A DNA stretch of 64,000 bases from Sedimentisphaerales bacterium (GTDB taxonomy: Bacteria; Planctomycetota; Phycisphaerae; Sedimentisphaerales; SM23-30). The stretch covers positions 253,181 to 317,180 of the forward strand of contig CAXXFK010000033.1 of NCBI GenBank assembly GCA_963663965.2, read 5' to 3'. The position numbers and the translations under genes were made by a program. Position 1 is the first letter of the stretch. Each line of letters opens with the position of its first letter. Positions 9,074-17,705 of this stretch are shown here, piece by piece. The notes under the pieces were generated by a model that was not told the origin of the DNA, made no database searches, and worked only from the letters and a program-made list of their open reading frames with translations.

Positions 9074-10207
9074 TTAACCGGAAAATTTCTCGCAAAGTTC
9101 CACCATGACTTCATAGTTTCTGAGAGTCAAGGCCGGTAATTCCCGACTGATCGGACTGGCGCCGGGCATCAGGACAAAACCCCGTCCCGGTCCCTGGGTG
9201 CCCTGTACGAGCGCCTGCCTGACTTTTTCGGCAAACTGTTCTGTTGGCAGATTTTCCAGGTCTACCAGTTCCAGATTGCCGAACAGGACCAGATGTTGAC
9301 CATATTTTCGGCGTACGTAATCCAGTTCCACATCACCTTGAGGTGGCGGCTCGATTGGATCCAGTCCCATGCAGCCGGTCGCGATAATGTCATCCAGTAC
9401 GGCCTGAAGTCTGCCATGGGAGTGAATACGGGCAAATCCACCCTGCCGGTGTATGATCTCTATCAAAGGGGTGTCATAGGTCACTACGAATTCCCGGAAC
9501 AGGGCCGGAGGCAGATATGGAGGGGCGGCGTATTCCGGGCCGTAGATACGCCAGAGCCGGCCGGGAAGCATTTGGGCAATGCAGGCCACCTGTTTCTGGA
9601 TTGCCCGGGCGAAACGTTGAAGTAATTGATGAAAGAGCTCTGTCTCTGTCATGGCGATAATCAGATAGGTTTGCATGTCAAACATTTCTGCCGCCAGACA
9701 GAGCGGATCGGCCAGGTCGATCATCACGATACCGCTGTCACCCAGGGTTGCTTCCGCGGCCAAAATATCTGAGACATCCGGCTGTTCATGCTTTTCGGAT
9801 TCGGGCAGTGTCAGCCAGCGTTTCAAATCGTCAACGTTTTTGAGCCAGTGTTCCAGGCGCCAGATTGTATCGATATCCCGATCACGGCGACTATGGCATC
9901 GAAATTCACCGCTTGCCGTTATCAACTTGTTTATGGTATGCCGGTTGCCATTGTCATCCAGAAATGTCTCTGTCTGGCAATTCTCCGGTAATGAGGGCGG
10001 CCTAAACGGCATTTTACGCATCACAATCCGGTCTGTCCTGTTTATGGTCAGATCCAGCAGGGGTTTCCAGAAAGGGTGACTGTAAACATGAAAGGGATCG
10101 TCGCCGGCCGGAGTCTGATCGAGACCATTCAATTCGTAAAAGCAGACCGGAGGCCGATCGACTGTCTGACCTTGTAAGGTTGCCATTAAGCGTTCTTTAC
10201 GATTCAT
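9074..10207 (-). CDS. Uroporphyrinogen decarboxylase (URO-D)/MtaA-CmuA superfamily protein
   Basis: N-terminal MNRKERLMATLQGQTVDRPPV; IHSHG; LDPIEPPPQGD; LVLFGN; GFVLMP. Confidence 0.8.
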   Translation of the reverse strand: MNRKERLMATLQGQTVDRPPVCFYELNGLDQTPAGDDPFHVYSHPFWKPLLDLTINRTDRIVMRKMPFRPPSLPENCQTETFLDDNGNRHTINKLITASGEFRCHSRRDRDIDTIWRLEHWLKNVDDLKRWLTLPESEKHEQPDVSDILAAEATLGDSGIVMIDLADPLCLAAEMFDMQTYLIIAMTETELFHQLLQRFARAIQKQVACIAQMLPGRLWRIYGPEYAAPPYLPPALFREFVVTYDTPLIEIIHRQGGFARIHSHGRLQAVLDDIIATGCMGLDPIEPPPQGDVELDYVRRKYGQHLVLFGNLELVDLENLPTEQFAEKVRQALVQGTQGPGRGFVLMPGASPISRELPALTLRNYEVMVELCEKFSG

Positions 10208-10621
10208 TTAAGATCCCTTGCCGACTGGAAGTCATAATTATATATCTCATTAACTTTGTGCTATCCGATATATCAGGCACTAATGTTGAAATCCATAACA
10301 ATCAGTCATTGTGCATTTCATTATCTTCATTGTGCTAACACTAATCCAGAAAAAACCGATTAGCAGGGTATCCAGTTTATTCGTTGCTATGAAACAATAA
10401 TCAAGTCAGGGAACTGTTGATGACCAAGCCAAGCCGACAGAATTCTAATCAGAAACTGACAAAAAAGCAGGTGACGGGTGGATAAAATTTATTATAATAA
10501 GGGGAGATAGTGTCTGCGGTATCGTTTTTGAACGCAGGAGTATAACAGATATAAAAGGCCGTAATTGTGGTTACTTTACAGATGGCCTGAATTGGCGGCC
10601 TGAATTTTACAGGAGAGTCCC

Positions 10622-13321
10622 ATGTCGAACTTGTGGATGTTGAATGCCGGGCGGGGATTAAGCAGGGATATTTTGTCAATAGGGGTCGTTTTTATGATGA
10701 TGGGAGTGGTTTCGTGCCGGACGCGGGATTATTCCACCCAGGCGCTGGTAGGCGAGTTGGTTACGGGGGGGTATGTGACTTCTAACCATCAGATATTGAC
10801 CCCGGCGGGTGTTCAGGTGGATTTGCCGGGGATGCGGCCGCAGGCGCTGGCACTGAGTCCTGATGGGCAGCTGCTGGTCACGGCGGGAAAGACCTCAGAA
10901 CTGGTCGTGATCAATCCAGTCAATGGTGAGATCAAGCAGCGGGTTGAACTCCCTTCGAGTAAGCAGCAATCGCCTTCGAATGTTTCTACACATATTCTGG
11001 AACCGGATAAGTCAGGACAGGTCAGCTATACGGGACTGGTGTTCAGTCCGGATGGCTCGCGGCTGTATCTATCCAATGTCAATGGCGATATCAAAGTGTT
11101 TGGCGTTGACGATGGCAAGGTGGCCGGACTGTTTTCCATTGCCCTGCCGCAGGCTGATGCGCCCCGGCGCAAGCAGGCGATTCCGGCGGGGCTGGCCTTG
11201 TCGGAGGATGGGCGGCGGTTGTATGTGGCGCTGAACCTGTCGAACCGGCTGGGTGAAATCGATACCGATACCGGGACTGTGCTGCGGACCTGGGATGTGG
11301 GGGTGGCGCCTTATGATGTGGTGCTGGCGGGCAGTAAGGCCTATGTGAGTAACTGGGGCGGACGGAGGCCGGAGGACGACAGTCTGACGGGGCCGGCGGG
11401 CCGGGGAACCCTGGTGCGGGTAGATCCGGTGCGGCATATCGCCAGCGAAGGATCGGTTTCGGTGATTTCGCTGGATTCGCAAGCGACAGTCCAGACGATT
11501 ATGGCCGGATTACATGCCTCGGCGCTGGCATTATCACCCAATGGCCGGTATCTGGTGGTTGCCAATTCCGGTAGTGATACGTTGAGTGTAATTGATACAC
11601 GGACGGATCAGGTAATAGAGACGATCTGGGCCCGGATAAATCCGGCCGATCTGCTGGGTGCGACGCCCAACGCGCTGGTGTTTAATCCCAAAGGGGATAT
11701 TCTTTATGTTGCCAATGGAACCCAGAACTCCGTGGCCGCGATACGGTTCCGGCCGGGTGAATCCAGATTGCTGGGTTTGATTCCAACCGGATGGTTTCCG
11801 GGGGCAGTGGTTTATGATAAACGCAGACAACATCTGTACGTAGCCAATATTAAAGGAGTGGGTTTGAATTTGAACCTGCGGCATCCGGAACGGCAGGATA
11901 ACAACACCCATCAATATCGTGGGACGCTGTCGCTGATTCCGATACCGTCCAAACGGGAGTTGGCGGCGCTGACTGCGGTGGTGCTGGACAATTATCGCCA
12001 GCCACTCTTGAAAGAGGCGCGGCGGCCGGCGCGAGCGAATCAGCCGGCACGGCCCGTGCCTGAACGGGTGGGTGAGCCGTCGGTATTTGAGCATGTGGTG
12101 TATATCATTAAAGAGAACCGGACCTATGACCAGGTGTTTGGCGATATGGCCGAAGGGAATGGCGAGCCGTCGCTTTGCGTGTTTGGTGATAAGATCACGC
12201 CGAATCAGCATAAGATGGTACGGGAGTTTGTATTGCTGGATAATACCTATTGCTCGAGTATATTGAGCGCGGATGGGCATCAGTGGACGGATTCCGCTTT
12301 TGCCACGGATTATATGGAAAAATCGTTCGCGGGTTTTCCGCGCAGTTATCCGGATGGGATGGAAGATGATGATGTGGACGCGCTGGCTTACGCACCGAGC
12401 GGATTTATCTGGGATAATGCCATTGCCCGGAATAAGACGTTGCGGGTGTATGGCGAGTTTGCGATAACTGAGGCCCGCTGGAAAGATGGCAATCGTAAAG
12501 GGCGGCCCGCTTTTCTGGATTATTACCATGATTTTGTTAATAAAACGAATCTGATCGATATCTCCAGCCGGCCGGCGATTGAATCATTGCGACCTTATCT
12601 GAATATGGAAACGGTGGGCTGGGATATGAATATCCCGGATGTATTCCGGGCGGACCAGTTTATTAAGGAACTGCGAGAATATGAAGCAAAGGGAGAATTT
12701 CCCAATCTGGTGATTATCTGCCTGCCGAACGATCATACCTCGGGCACGCGCGAAGGTTCGCCGACGCCGGCGGCGCAGGTGGCGGATAACGATCTGGCGT
12801 TCGGTCAGATCGTCGAGGCGATCAGTCACAGCAGTTTCTGGAATAAGACCTGTATCTTTGGGATCGAAGATGATCCGCAGGCGGGGTGGGATCATGTCAG
12901 CGGGTATCGCACAACCGCTTATGTGATCAGTCCTTACACCCGTCGAGGGGCGGTGGTGAGCACGCAGTATAATCAGGCGAGTATTCTGCGGACGATGGAA
13001 CTGATGCTGGGAATGCCGCCGATGAATCAATTTGACGCGACGGCCACGCCGATGAGCGAATGTTTTGTCGCTGAAGCGGATTTAACGCCGTTTAATGCGG
13101 TGCCGACCAATATCCCACTGGATCAGATGAATCCGGGTCCGAAGAAGATTTCAGATCCGATCTTACGCAAGGATGCGCTCGTGTCGGCAAAACTGCCTTT
13201 GCATGAAGTGGATCGGTGCCCGGAAGATGTATTCAACCGGATACTCTGGCGGGCAATGAAAGGATCGCAGGCACCATACCCGCTCTGGGCCGTGGCGGAT
13301 GTGGAGGATGACGATGATTGA
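10622..13321 (+). CDS. YVTN beta-propeller plus alkaline-phosphatase-superfamily phosphoesterase, probably a lipoprotein
   Basis: Repeated blades (LYVANG, LVVANSGSDTLSVIDT); HVVYIIKENRTYDQVFGD, SADGHQW, LPNDHT, EDDPQAGWDHV; lipobox-like VVSC. Confidence 0.85.
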   Translation: MSNLWMLNAGRGLSRDILSIGVVFMMMGVVSCRTRDYSTQALVGELVTGGYVTSNHQILTPAGVQVDLPGMRPQALALSPDGQLLVTAGKTSELVVINPVNGEIKQRVELPSSKQQSPSNVSTHILEPDKSGQVSYTGLVFSPDGSRLYLSNVNGDIKVFGVDDGKVAGLFSIALPQADAPRRKQAIPAGLALSEDGRRLYVALNLSNRLGEIDTDTGTVLRTWDVGVAPYDVVLAGSKAYVSNWGGRRPEDDSLTGPAGRGTLVRVDPVRHIASEGSVSVISLDSQATVQTIMAGLHASALALSPNGRYLVVANSGSDTLSVIDTRTDQVIETIWARINPADLLGATPNALVFNPKGDILYVANGTQNSVAAIRFRPGESRLLGLIPTGWFPGAVVYDKRRQHLYVANIKGVGLNLNLRHPERQDNNTHQYRGTLSLIPIPSKRELAALTAVVLDNYRQPLLKEARRPARANQPARPVPERVGEPSVFEHVVYIIKENRTYDQVFGDMAEGNGEPSLCVFGDKITPNQHKMVREFVLLDNTYCSSILSADGHQWTDSAFATDYMEKSFAGFPRSYPDGMEDDDVDALAYAPSGFIWDNAIARNKTLRVYGEFAITEARWKDGNRKGRPAFLDYYHDFVNKTNLIDISSRPAIESLRPYLNMETVGWDMNIPDVFRADQFIKELREYEAKGEFPNLVIICLPNDHTSGTREGSPTPAAQVADNDLAFGQIVEAISHSSFWNKTCIFGIEDDPQAGWDHVSGYRTTAYVISPYTRRGAVVSTQYNQASILRTMELMLGMPPMNQFDATATPMSECFVAEADLTPFNAVPTNIPLDQMNPGPKKISDPILRKDALVSAKLPLHEVDRCPEDVFNRILWRAMKGSQAPYPLWAVADVEDDDD

Positions 13322-13596
13322 GGATTCATTAAGAAGGAGGTATTTAACGGATAAGTGCGGAAAGTGACAGAGCCTATCGCAAGGTCGCTGCTTTACGATT
13401 GTCCCTGTTTCTATGGAGGGGTAAATTGGTTTAGATGTTATCGGTCGGTGGCAAGGTATGGGGTCTGGTTTTATCCGGAAAAATAGTTAAACCGGGGCGT
13501 TAAAAGGCCGATTAAAGGTAATACCATTACAGAAGTTATAAAACGCAAAGGCTGACCCATTGGACTGATGTGTCCGATAATAATGAGAGGTAGCTT

Positions 13597-14049
13597 ATGG
13601 AAGTGGCACCGGGCGATTTATTTGATCGCTTATCAATAGTAAAACTGAAATCCGAGCGGCTGGACAGCCGGCTGGTTGAGGATGAATTGCAGGAATTGAC
13701 CGAGGCATTTGAACAAACTTGCCGGGACCATGAGGCGTTAGCGGTGAGTTGCGCGGATATGGTGGAGCTCTTGCAGATACTAAACGGTCAGATATGGGAC
13801 CTGGAGGCGGATATCCGTAAAGGGAAAGAGGGCGAGCTGGGTCTGGAAGAGGTGGGACGGCGCGCGATCGCGATTCGCAACCTGAATGGGATCCGGGTCT
13901 GGGTGAAGAATCTGATCACCCGAACGACCGGGAAAGGGGCGATCGATTATAAGAAGGATCACGCCTCGACCGTGGCAGCGCAGGGCAGCGGGCGGCTGTT
14001 GGATAAAATGCACTTTCCCGGGAAAACACCCGTTGGAGTAACGGATTAG
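13597..14049 (+). CDS. DUF6165-like hypothetical protein
   Basis: GDLFDRLSIVKLKSERL...NGQIWDLEADIR..LNGIR..VKNLI pattern; GAGAGG RBS. Confidence 0.6.
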   Translation: MEVAPGDLFDRLSIVKLKSERLDSRLVEDELQELTEAFEQTCRDHEALAVSCADMVELLQILNGQIWDLEADIRKGKEGELGLEEVGRRAIAIRNLNGIRVWVKNLITRTTGKGAIDYKKDHASTVAAQGSGRLLDKMHFPGKTPVGVTD

Positions 14050-14142
14050 ATTCTATAAGTGATGGCCGGGTTGAACCGGTATTTTAAGATTGAAGAGAAG
14101 AGACAAGCGGACGCTTGTCTTGTTTTTTAACGACGCCAACCT

Positions 14143-15291
14143 ATGAATATCAGTTACGATCTGCGATTCGCTCATTTGCCCTGCGGCAGCTGGCCTTATG
14201 TTTATAATGCCATCAAGCTGATGAGCGCGGCGCATCCGGCTGATCACTGGCGGGTCTATTACAATGATTACGATCAGCCGCAATTGCGGATCGTTGGCCT
14301 GTTGCGAGAGCAGGAACAGGCGAAGCCGGAACTGGCCGGTCGATATGAATTTGTGCCGGTGAAGCATACCTGTCTGAGCTGGCAGCATCATCTGGAATTT
14401 GGCCGGGTATCCGATCCCAGCGAGGTCTATCACTATCTGCATTTCGATATGCCGCTGGGGATGAAAGGGCCGGCGCTGGTGGTGACGGTGCATGATCTGT
14501 ATCCGCTGGTGCTGCCGAATTATTGTTCAAAATGGAAGCAGGCCATCTTCCGGTATATTGCCGGGACCAATATGAAACGGGCCCGCCGGGTGATTACGGT
14601 GTCGGAGAATACCCGTAAGGATATTATGGAGCAGTTCGGAATCGAACCGGAGAAAATCACTGTGATCAACCAGGGGTATTCGCCGGAATTCCGCAAGATC
14701 GATGATTCGAGCTTACTGGACGGGTTGAAAGAGAAATATCATCTTCCGGAGAATTATGTATTATATACCGGCAATCATAAATCTCATAAGAATCTGGAAC
14801 GGCTGGTGCAGGCGTACGCGCAATTGAAACCGGCATTGCGCGAGCAATTTGCACTGGCGCTGACCGGCCCGGTGTCCGAAGAGACCGAAGCGCTGCAACG
14901 CCTGATTATCGCCCTGGGTGTGGAGCGTCAGGTACGGTTCCTGGGGCTGGTCGATTTTGAGGATTTGCCGGGTCTGTATAATCTGGCGAGTTTATATGTA
15001 TTGCCCAGTCTGTACGAGGGATTCGGGATCCCGTTAGTGGAAGCGATGGCCTGCGGAACACCGGTGGTCTGTTCGGCGCGGGGGGCGATGCCGGAAGTGG
15101 TGGGAGGCGAAGCCAGGATGTTCGATCCCTACGATATCGGGCAGATGGCGGAGGTGTTGACGAAAGCGCTGGACCAGGATGTTGACGACCAGAGGCTTAT
15201 CGGGCGGATTATGGCGCGGGCCGCCAATTTTACCTGGCAACGGAACGCGGAAAAGACCTATCAGGTGTATCAGGAAGCGGCCGGACAATAA
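14143..15291 (+). CDS. Glycosyltransferase family 4 (GT-B)
   Basis: VTVHDL, HKNLERL, PSLYEGFGIPLVEAMACGTPVV. Confidence 0.92.
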   Translation: MNISYDLRFAHLPCGSWPYVYNAIKLMSAAHPADHWRVYYNDYDQPQLRIVGLLREQEQAKPELAGRYEFVPVKHTCLSWQHHLEFGRVSDPSEVYHYLHFDMPLGMKGPALVVTVHDLYPLVLPNYCSKWKQAIFRYIAGTNMKRARRVITVSENTRKDIMEQFGIEPEKITVINQGYSPEFRKIDDSSLLDGLKEKYHLPENYVLYTGNHKSHKNLERLVQAYAQLKPALREQFALALTGPVSEETEALQRLIIALGVERQVRFLGLVDFEDLPGLYNLASLYVLPSLYEGFGIPLVEAMACGTPVVCSARGAMPEVVGGEARMFDPYDIGQMAEVLTKALDQDVDDQRLIGRIMARAANFTWQRNAEKTYQVYQEAAGQ

Positions 15292-15313
15292 AAAAGGCGT
15301 CACAAGGACGCCT
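15290..15313 (-). terminator. Intrinsic terminator downstream of hisG
   Basis: Minus strand AGGCGTC-CTTGT-GACGCCT followed by TTTTT. Confidence 0.7.
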
Positions 15314-15345
15314 CGAATTATTTGCGTTTAACCGGCCGATGAAAA

Positions 15346-16218
15346 TCAGGGGATAACCTGGTTAAGTGAGTAAGTAAAGATACCGGAAGCGCCGGCTTTT
15401 TTCAATTTGGGTATGACAATGCGGGCGGTATCTTCTTCAAGAATGACTTCAACCGCGACATATTCTTTATCGGCCAGCGGGCTGACAGTGGGGGATTTTT
15501 CCGAGGGGAGGATGTCCAGAACCGCCGGCAGGGAAGCGGTGGGGATATTGGCTTTGAGCCCCACCTTTTCACGGCCTTCGATTGCCCCCATCAGCAGTAA
15601 TGCGATGTCTTTTATTTTTTCGCGTTTGAAGGAATCTTCCCAGGCCTGTTTGTTGGCGATCAGGCGGGTGGTGCTGGTCATCAGAGTGTCGATGATTCTC
15701 AGGTTATTGGCTCGGAGGCTGGAACCGGTTTCAGTAATTTCGACGATACCATCCAGCAGGCGGGCTTTGACTTCGGTGGCGCCCCAGGAGAACTCCACTT
15801 TGACGTTTATGCCTTTGTTTTTGAAATATTCACGGGTGAAATTGACCAGTTCCGTGGCGATAATACCGCCTTCCAGGTCTTCGGGCTTTTCGATATCGCT
15901 TTCGCCGGGGACGGCCAGTACCCATTGCGCCGGTCGTGAGGTGGCTTTGGAATAAACCAGTTCACAGACCTCGACGACGTCAGAACCGTTTTCGCAAATC
16001 CAGTCTTTGCCGGTCAGGCCGACATCAATCACGCCATCTTCAACATAGCGGCTCATTTCCTGGGCGCGAAACATGATCGCTTCAAGTTCCGGGTCGTTAA
16101 TCGTCGGGAAATAACTGCGGCTGGCAACGGTCACATTGAATCCGGCGCGTTTAAAGAGATCGAAAGTGGCATCCTGTAAGCTGCCTTTGGGCAAGCCGAT
16201 TTTCAATTTATTATTCAA
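15346..16218 (-). CDS. hisG: ATP phosphoribosyltransferase, long form
   Basis: [36 protein letters not shown]-terminal regulatory domain SPTVSPL; TTG start after GGAG. Confidence 0.95.
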   Translation of the reverse strand: MNNKLKIGLPKGSLQDATFDLFKRAGFNVTVASRSYFPTINDPELEAIMFRAQEMSRYVEDGVIDVGLTGKDWICENGSDVVEVCELVYSKATSRPAQWVLAVPGESDIEKPEDLEGGIIATELVNFTREYFKNKGINVKVEFSWGATEVKARLLDGIVEITETGSSLRANNLRIIDTLMTSTTRLIANKQAWEDSFKREKIKDIALLLMGAIEGREKVGLKANIPTASLPAVLDILPSEKSPTVSPLADKEYVAVEVILEEDTARIVIPKLKKAGASGIFTYSLNQVIP

Positions 16219-16277
16219 GAGAATTCTCCAATCGTAAAAACAAGAAACAAAATGTCATATTAAATAAAACGGCCCGG

Positions 16278-17006
16278 TTATTTGGGGGACGATTTTTTTT
16301 GAGTGGTTTTTTTCTGCCTGGGCTCGGTGGTTTTGGTTTTGGGGCTTGTTTTTTTTGTTTTGGTTTTTGGGGCGCCGTTAACAGGTTTGACGTTTTTTTC
16401 GCCGTGATCACAATAGTGCCGCAAAAGCGTAAACGATTCGATCAGTTCGGTGGCGTTGATCTGGCGTTCCAGAAAACCCTGTACGTCATGGACATCGGAT
16501 TTGGGATTAATGGCCTCCTCGGCAAGCAAAACATCGACCATCTTCTGGTTGACGGGAAAGGAGTGGCCTCCCAGGCAGGTCATCATGATCCAGGCGACCA
16601 GATACGGGTTCATGCCGTCGATCTCTTCCAGGGCCGCTTTGGCATCCCGTTTCCCCATTTCGGCCAGATGATCCAGATTCAGTTGATCGTAACTGTCGTA
16701 AATGCTATTGAGCAGTTTTTTGATTGTGACGGCAATGGCGCGGGATTCAGGAAACGATTTGCCGAGAATCTGGTCAATTTCGAAAATTCTCGCCACGCGC
16801 AGCTCGTTGAAGTCGACAAAATGAGAGCGGATCTTTTTCAGCGCGGTGAGGGCTTTGCTTTCCGTGGCATCCGTGGAAAGGCAACCCAGGATCAGGGCTT
16901 CGATCGGGTCGGTACTGAGCGGTGTGGGCGCCAGGTCTTTGTAATTTTTTTTGATGCGATTCAACAATTTTTTTATACGGGAGGCATATTCAGCGCTATT
17001 TTTCAT
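16278..17006 (-). CDS. HhH-GPD/endonuclease III-fold protein, apparently non-catalytic, with a Lys/Thr-rich tail
   Basis: DPIEALIL..LS, FVDFNELRV, LDHL...A...LEEIDGM, LGGHSFPVN; overlaps the rbfA stop codon. Confidence 0.65.
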   Translation of the reverse strand: MKNSAEYASRIKKLLNRIKKNYKDLAPTPLSTDPIEALILGCLSTDATESKALTALKKIRSHFVDFNELRVARIFEIDQILGKSFPESRAIAVTIKKLLNSIYDSYDQLNLDHLAEMGKRDAKAALEEIDGMNPYLVAWIMMTCLGGHSFPVNQKMVDVLLAEEAINPKSDVHDVQGFLERQINATELIESFTLLRHYCDHGEKNVKPVNGAPKTKTKKTSPKTKTTEPRQKKTTQKKSSPK

Positions 17007-17397
17007 CGGAATTCTCCGCGGGTGTTACGGAAGGGGGCTGATCGACGGTTTGTTCCTGGGCGATCTGATCCAGCAGCCGTTCGATCTCCCGGCCTTTCTG
17101 GATTGACTCGTCATGATAGAAAACTAATGCCGGGCAGATACGCGTCTTTAGAGAACCGGCCAGGCGGGTGCGTACGAATCCGGTGGCGTTGTTAATGGCC
17201 TGCAGGCACAGGTCGCGTTTGGTCCCGGCAGGATCGAACATACTGAGATAGATTTTGGCCAGACTGAGGTCGGGCGCCAGTTCAACCCGGGTGACGCTGG
17301 TCAATGCCAGAATCCGCGGGTCAGAGAGATGGTTCTGAATGGTATCGCTGACGATATCGCGTATGGTGCGAGTCAGTTTTTCTATTCGTCTTGACAT
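16996..17397 (-). CDS. rbfA: Ribosome-binding factor A
   Basis: SRRIEK, LSDPRI, SVTRVELAPDLSLAKIY, RICPALVFYHDESI; position after infB. Confidence 0.93.
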   Translation of the reverse strand: MSRRIEKLTRTIRDIVSDTIQNHLSDPRILALTSVTRVELAPDLSLAKIYLSMFDPAGTKRDLCLQAINNATGFVRTRLAGSLKTRICPALVFYHDESIQKGREIERLLDQIAQEQTVDQPPSVTPAENSDEK

Positions 17398-17406
17398 ATA
17401 ATCGGG

Positions 17407-17685
17407 TTAAATTTCAATTTCGTAATCGAGCAGGGTTACATTGTGAAATACACGGATAAAATCAACCACCTGCGTCAGAGTTGATTCTATAAAACGTCTG
17501 TCGTTGGCGACCGCGGCAACGCCGATAACCGCTTTGCGATGCATCTCGTTACAATCAACTTCGGCGATGGAGACATTAAAGCGATTCCGTATTCTGTCTT
17601 TGAGACTGAGAACGATTCTGCGTTTGTCTTTCAGGTTCATCGCTTCAAAAAGGGCCAGTTCCACTCGCAGTGAGCCAATAATCAT
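17407..17685 (-). CDS. DUF503 (YlxP-like) protein
   Basis: NLKDKRRIVLSLKDRIRNRFNVSIAEV; canonical position between infB and rbfA. Confidence 0.9.
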   Translation of the reverse strand: MIIGSLRVELALFEAMNLKDKRRIVLSLKDRIRNRFNVSIAEVDCNEMHRKAVIGVAAVANDRRFIESTLTQVVDFIRVFHNVTLLDYEIEI

Positions 17686-17705
17686 ATGGTTTGTCGATAA
17701 ATCGC

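Noticed and set aside
10540..10606. Pho box, or the GGCCTGAATT x2 repeat, upstream of the phosphoesterase
   Set aside because: Half-sites too degenerate; the 10-bp repeat has a 13-bp period matching no motif I can support
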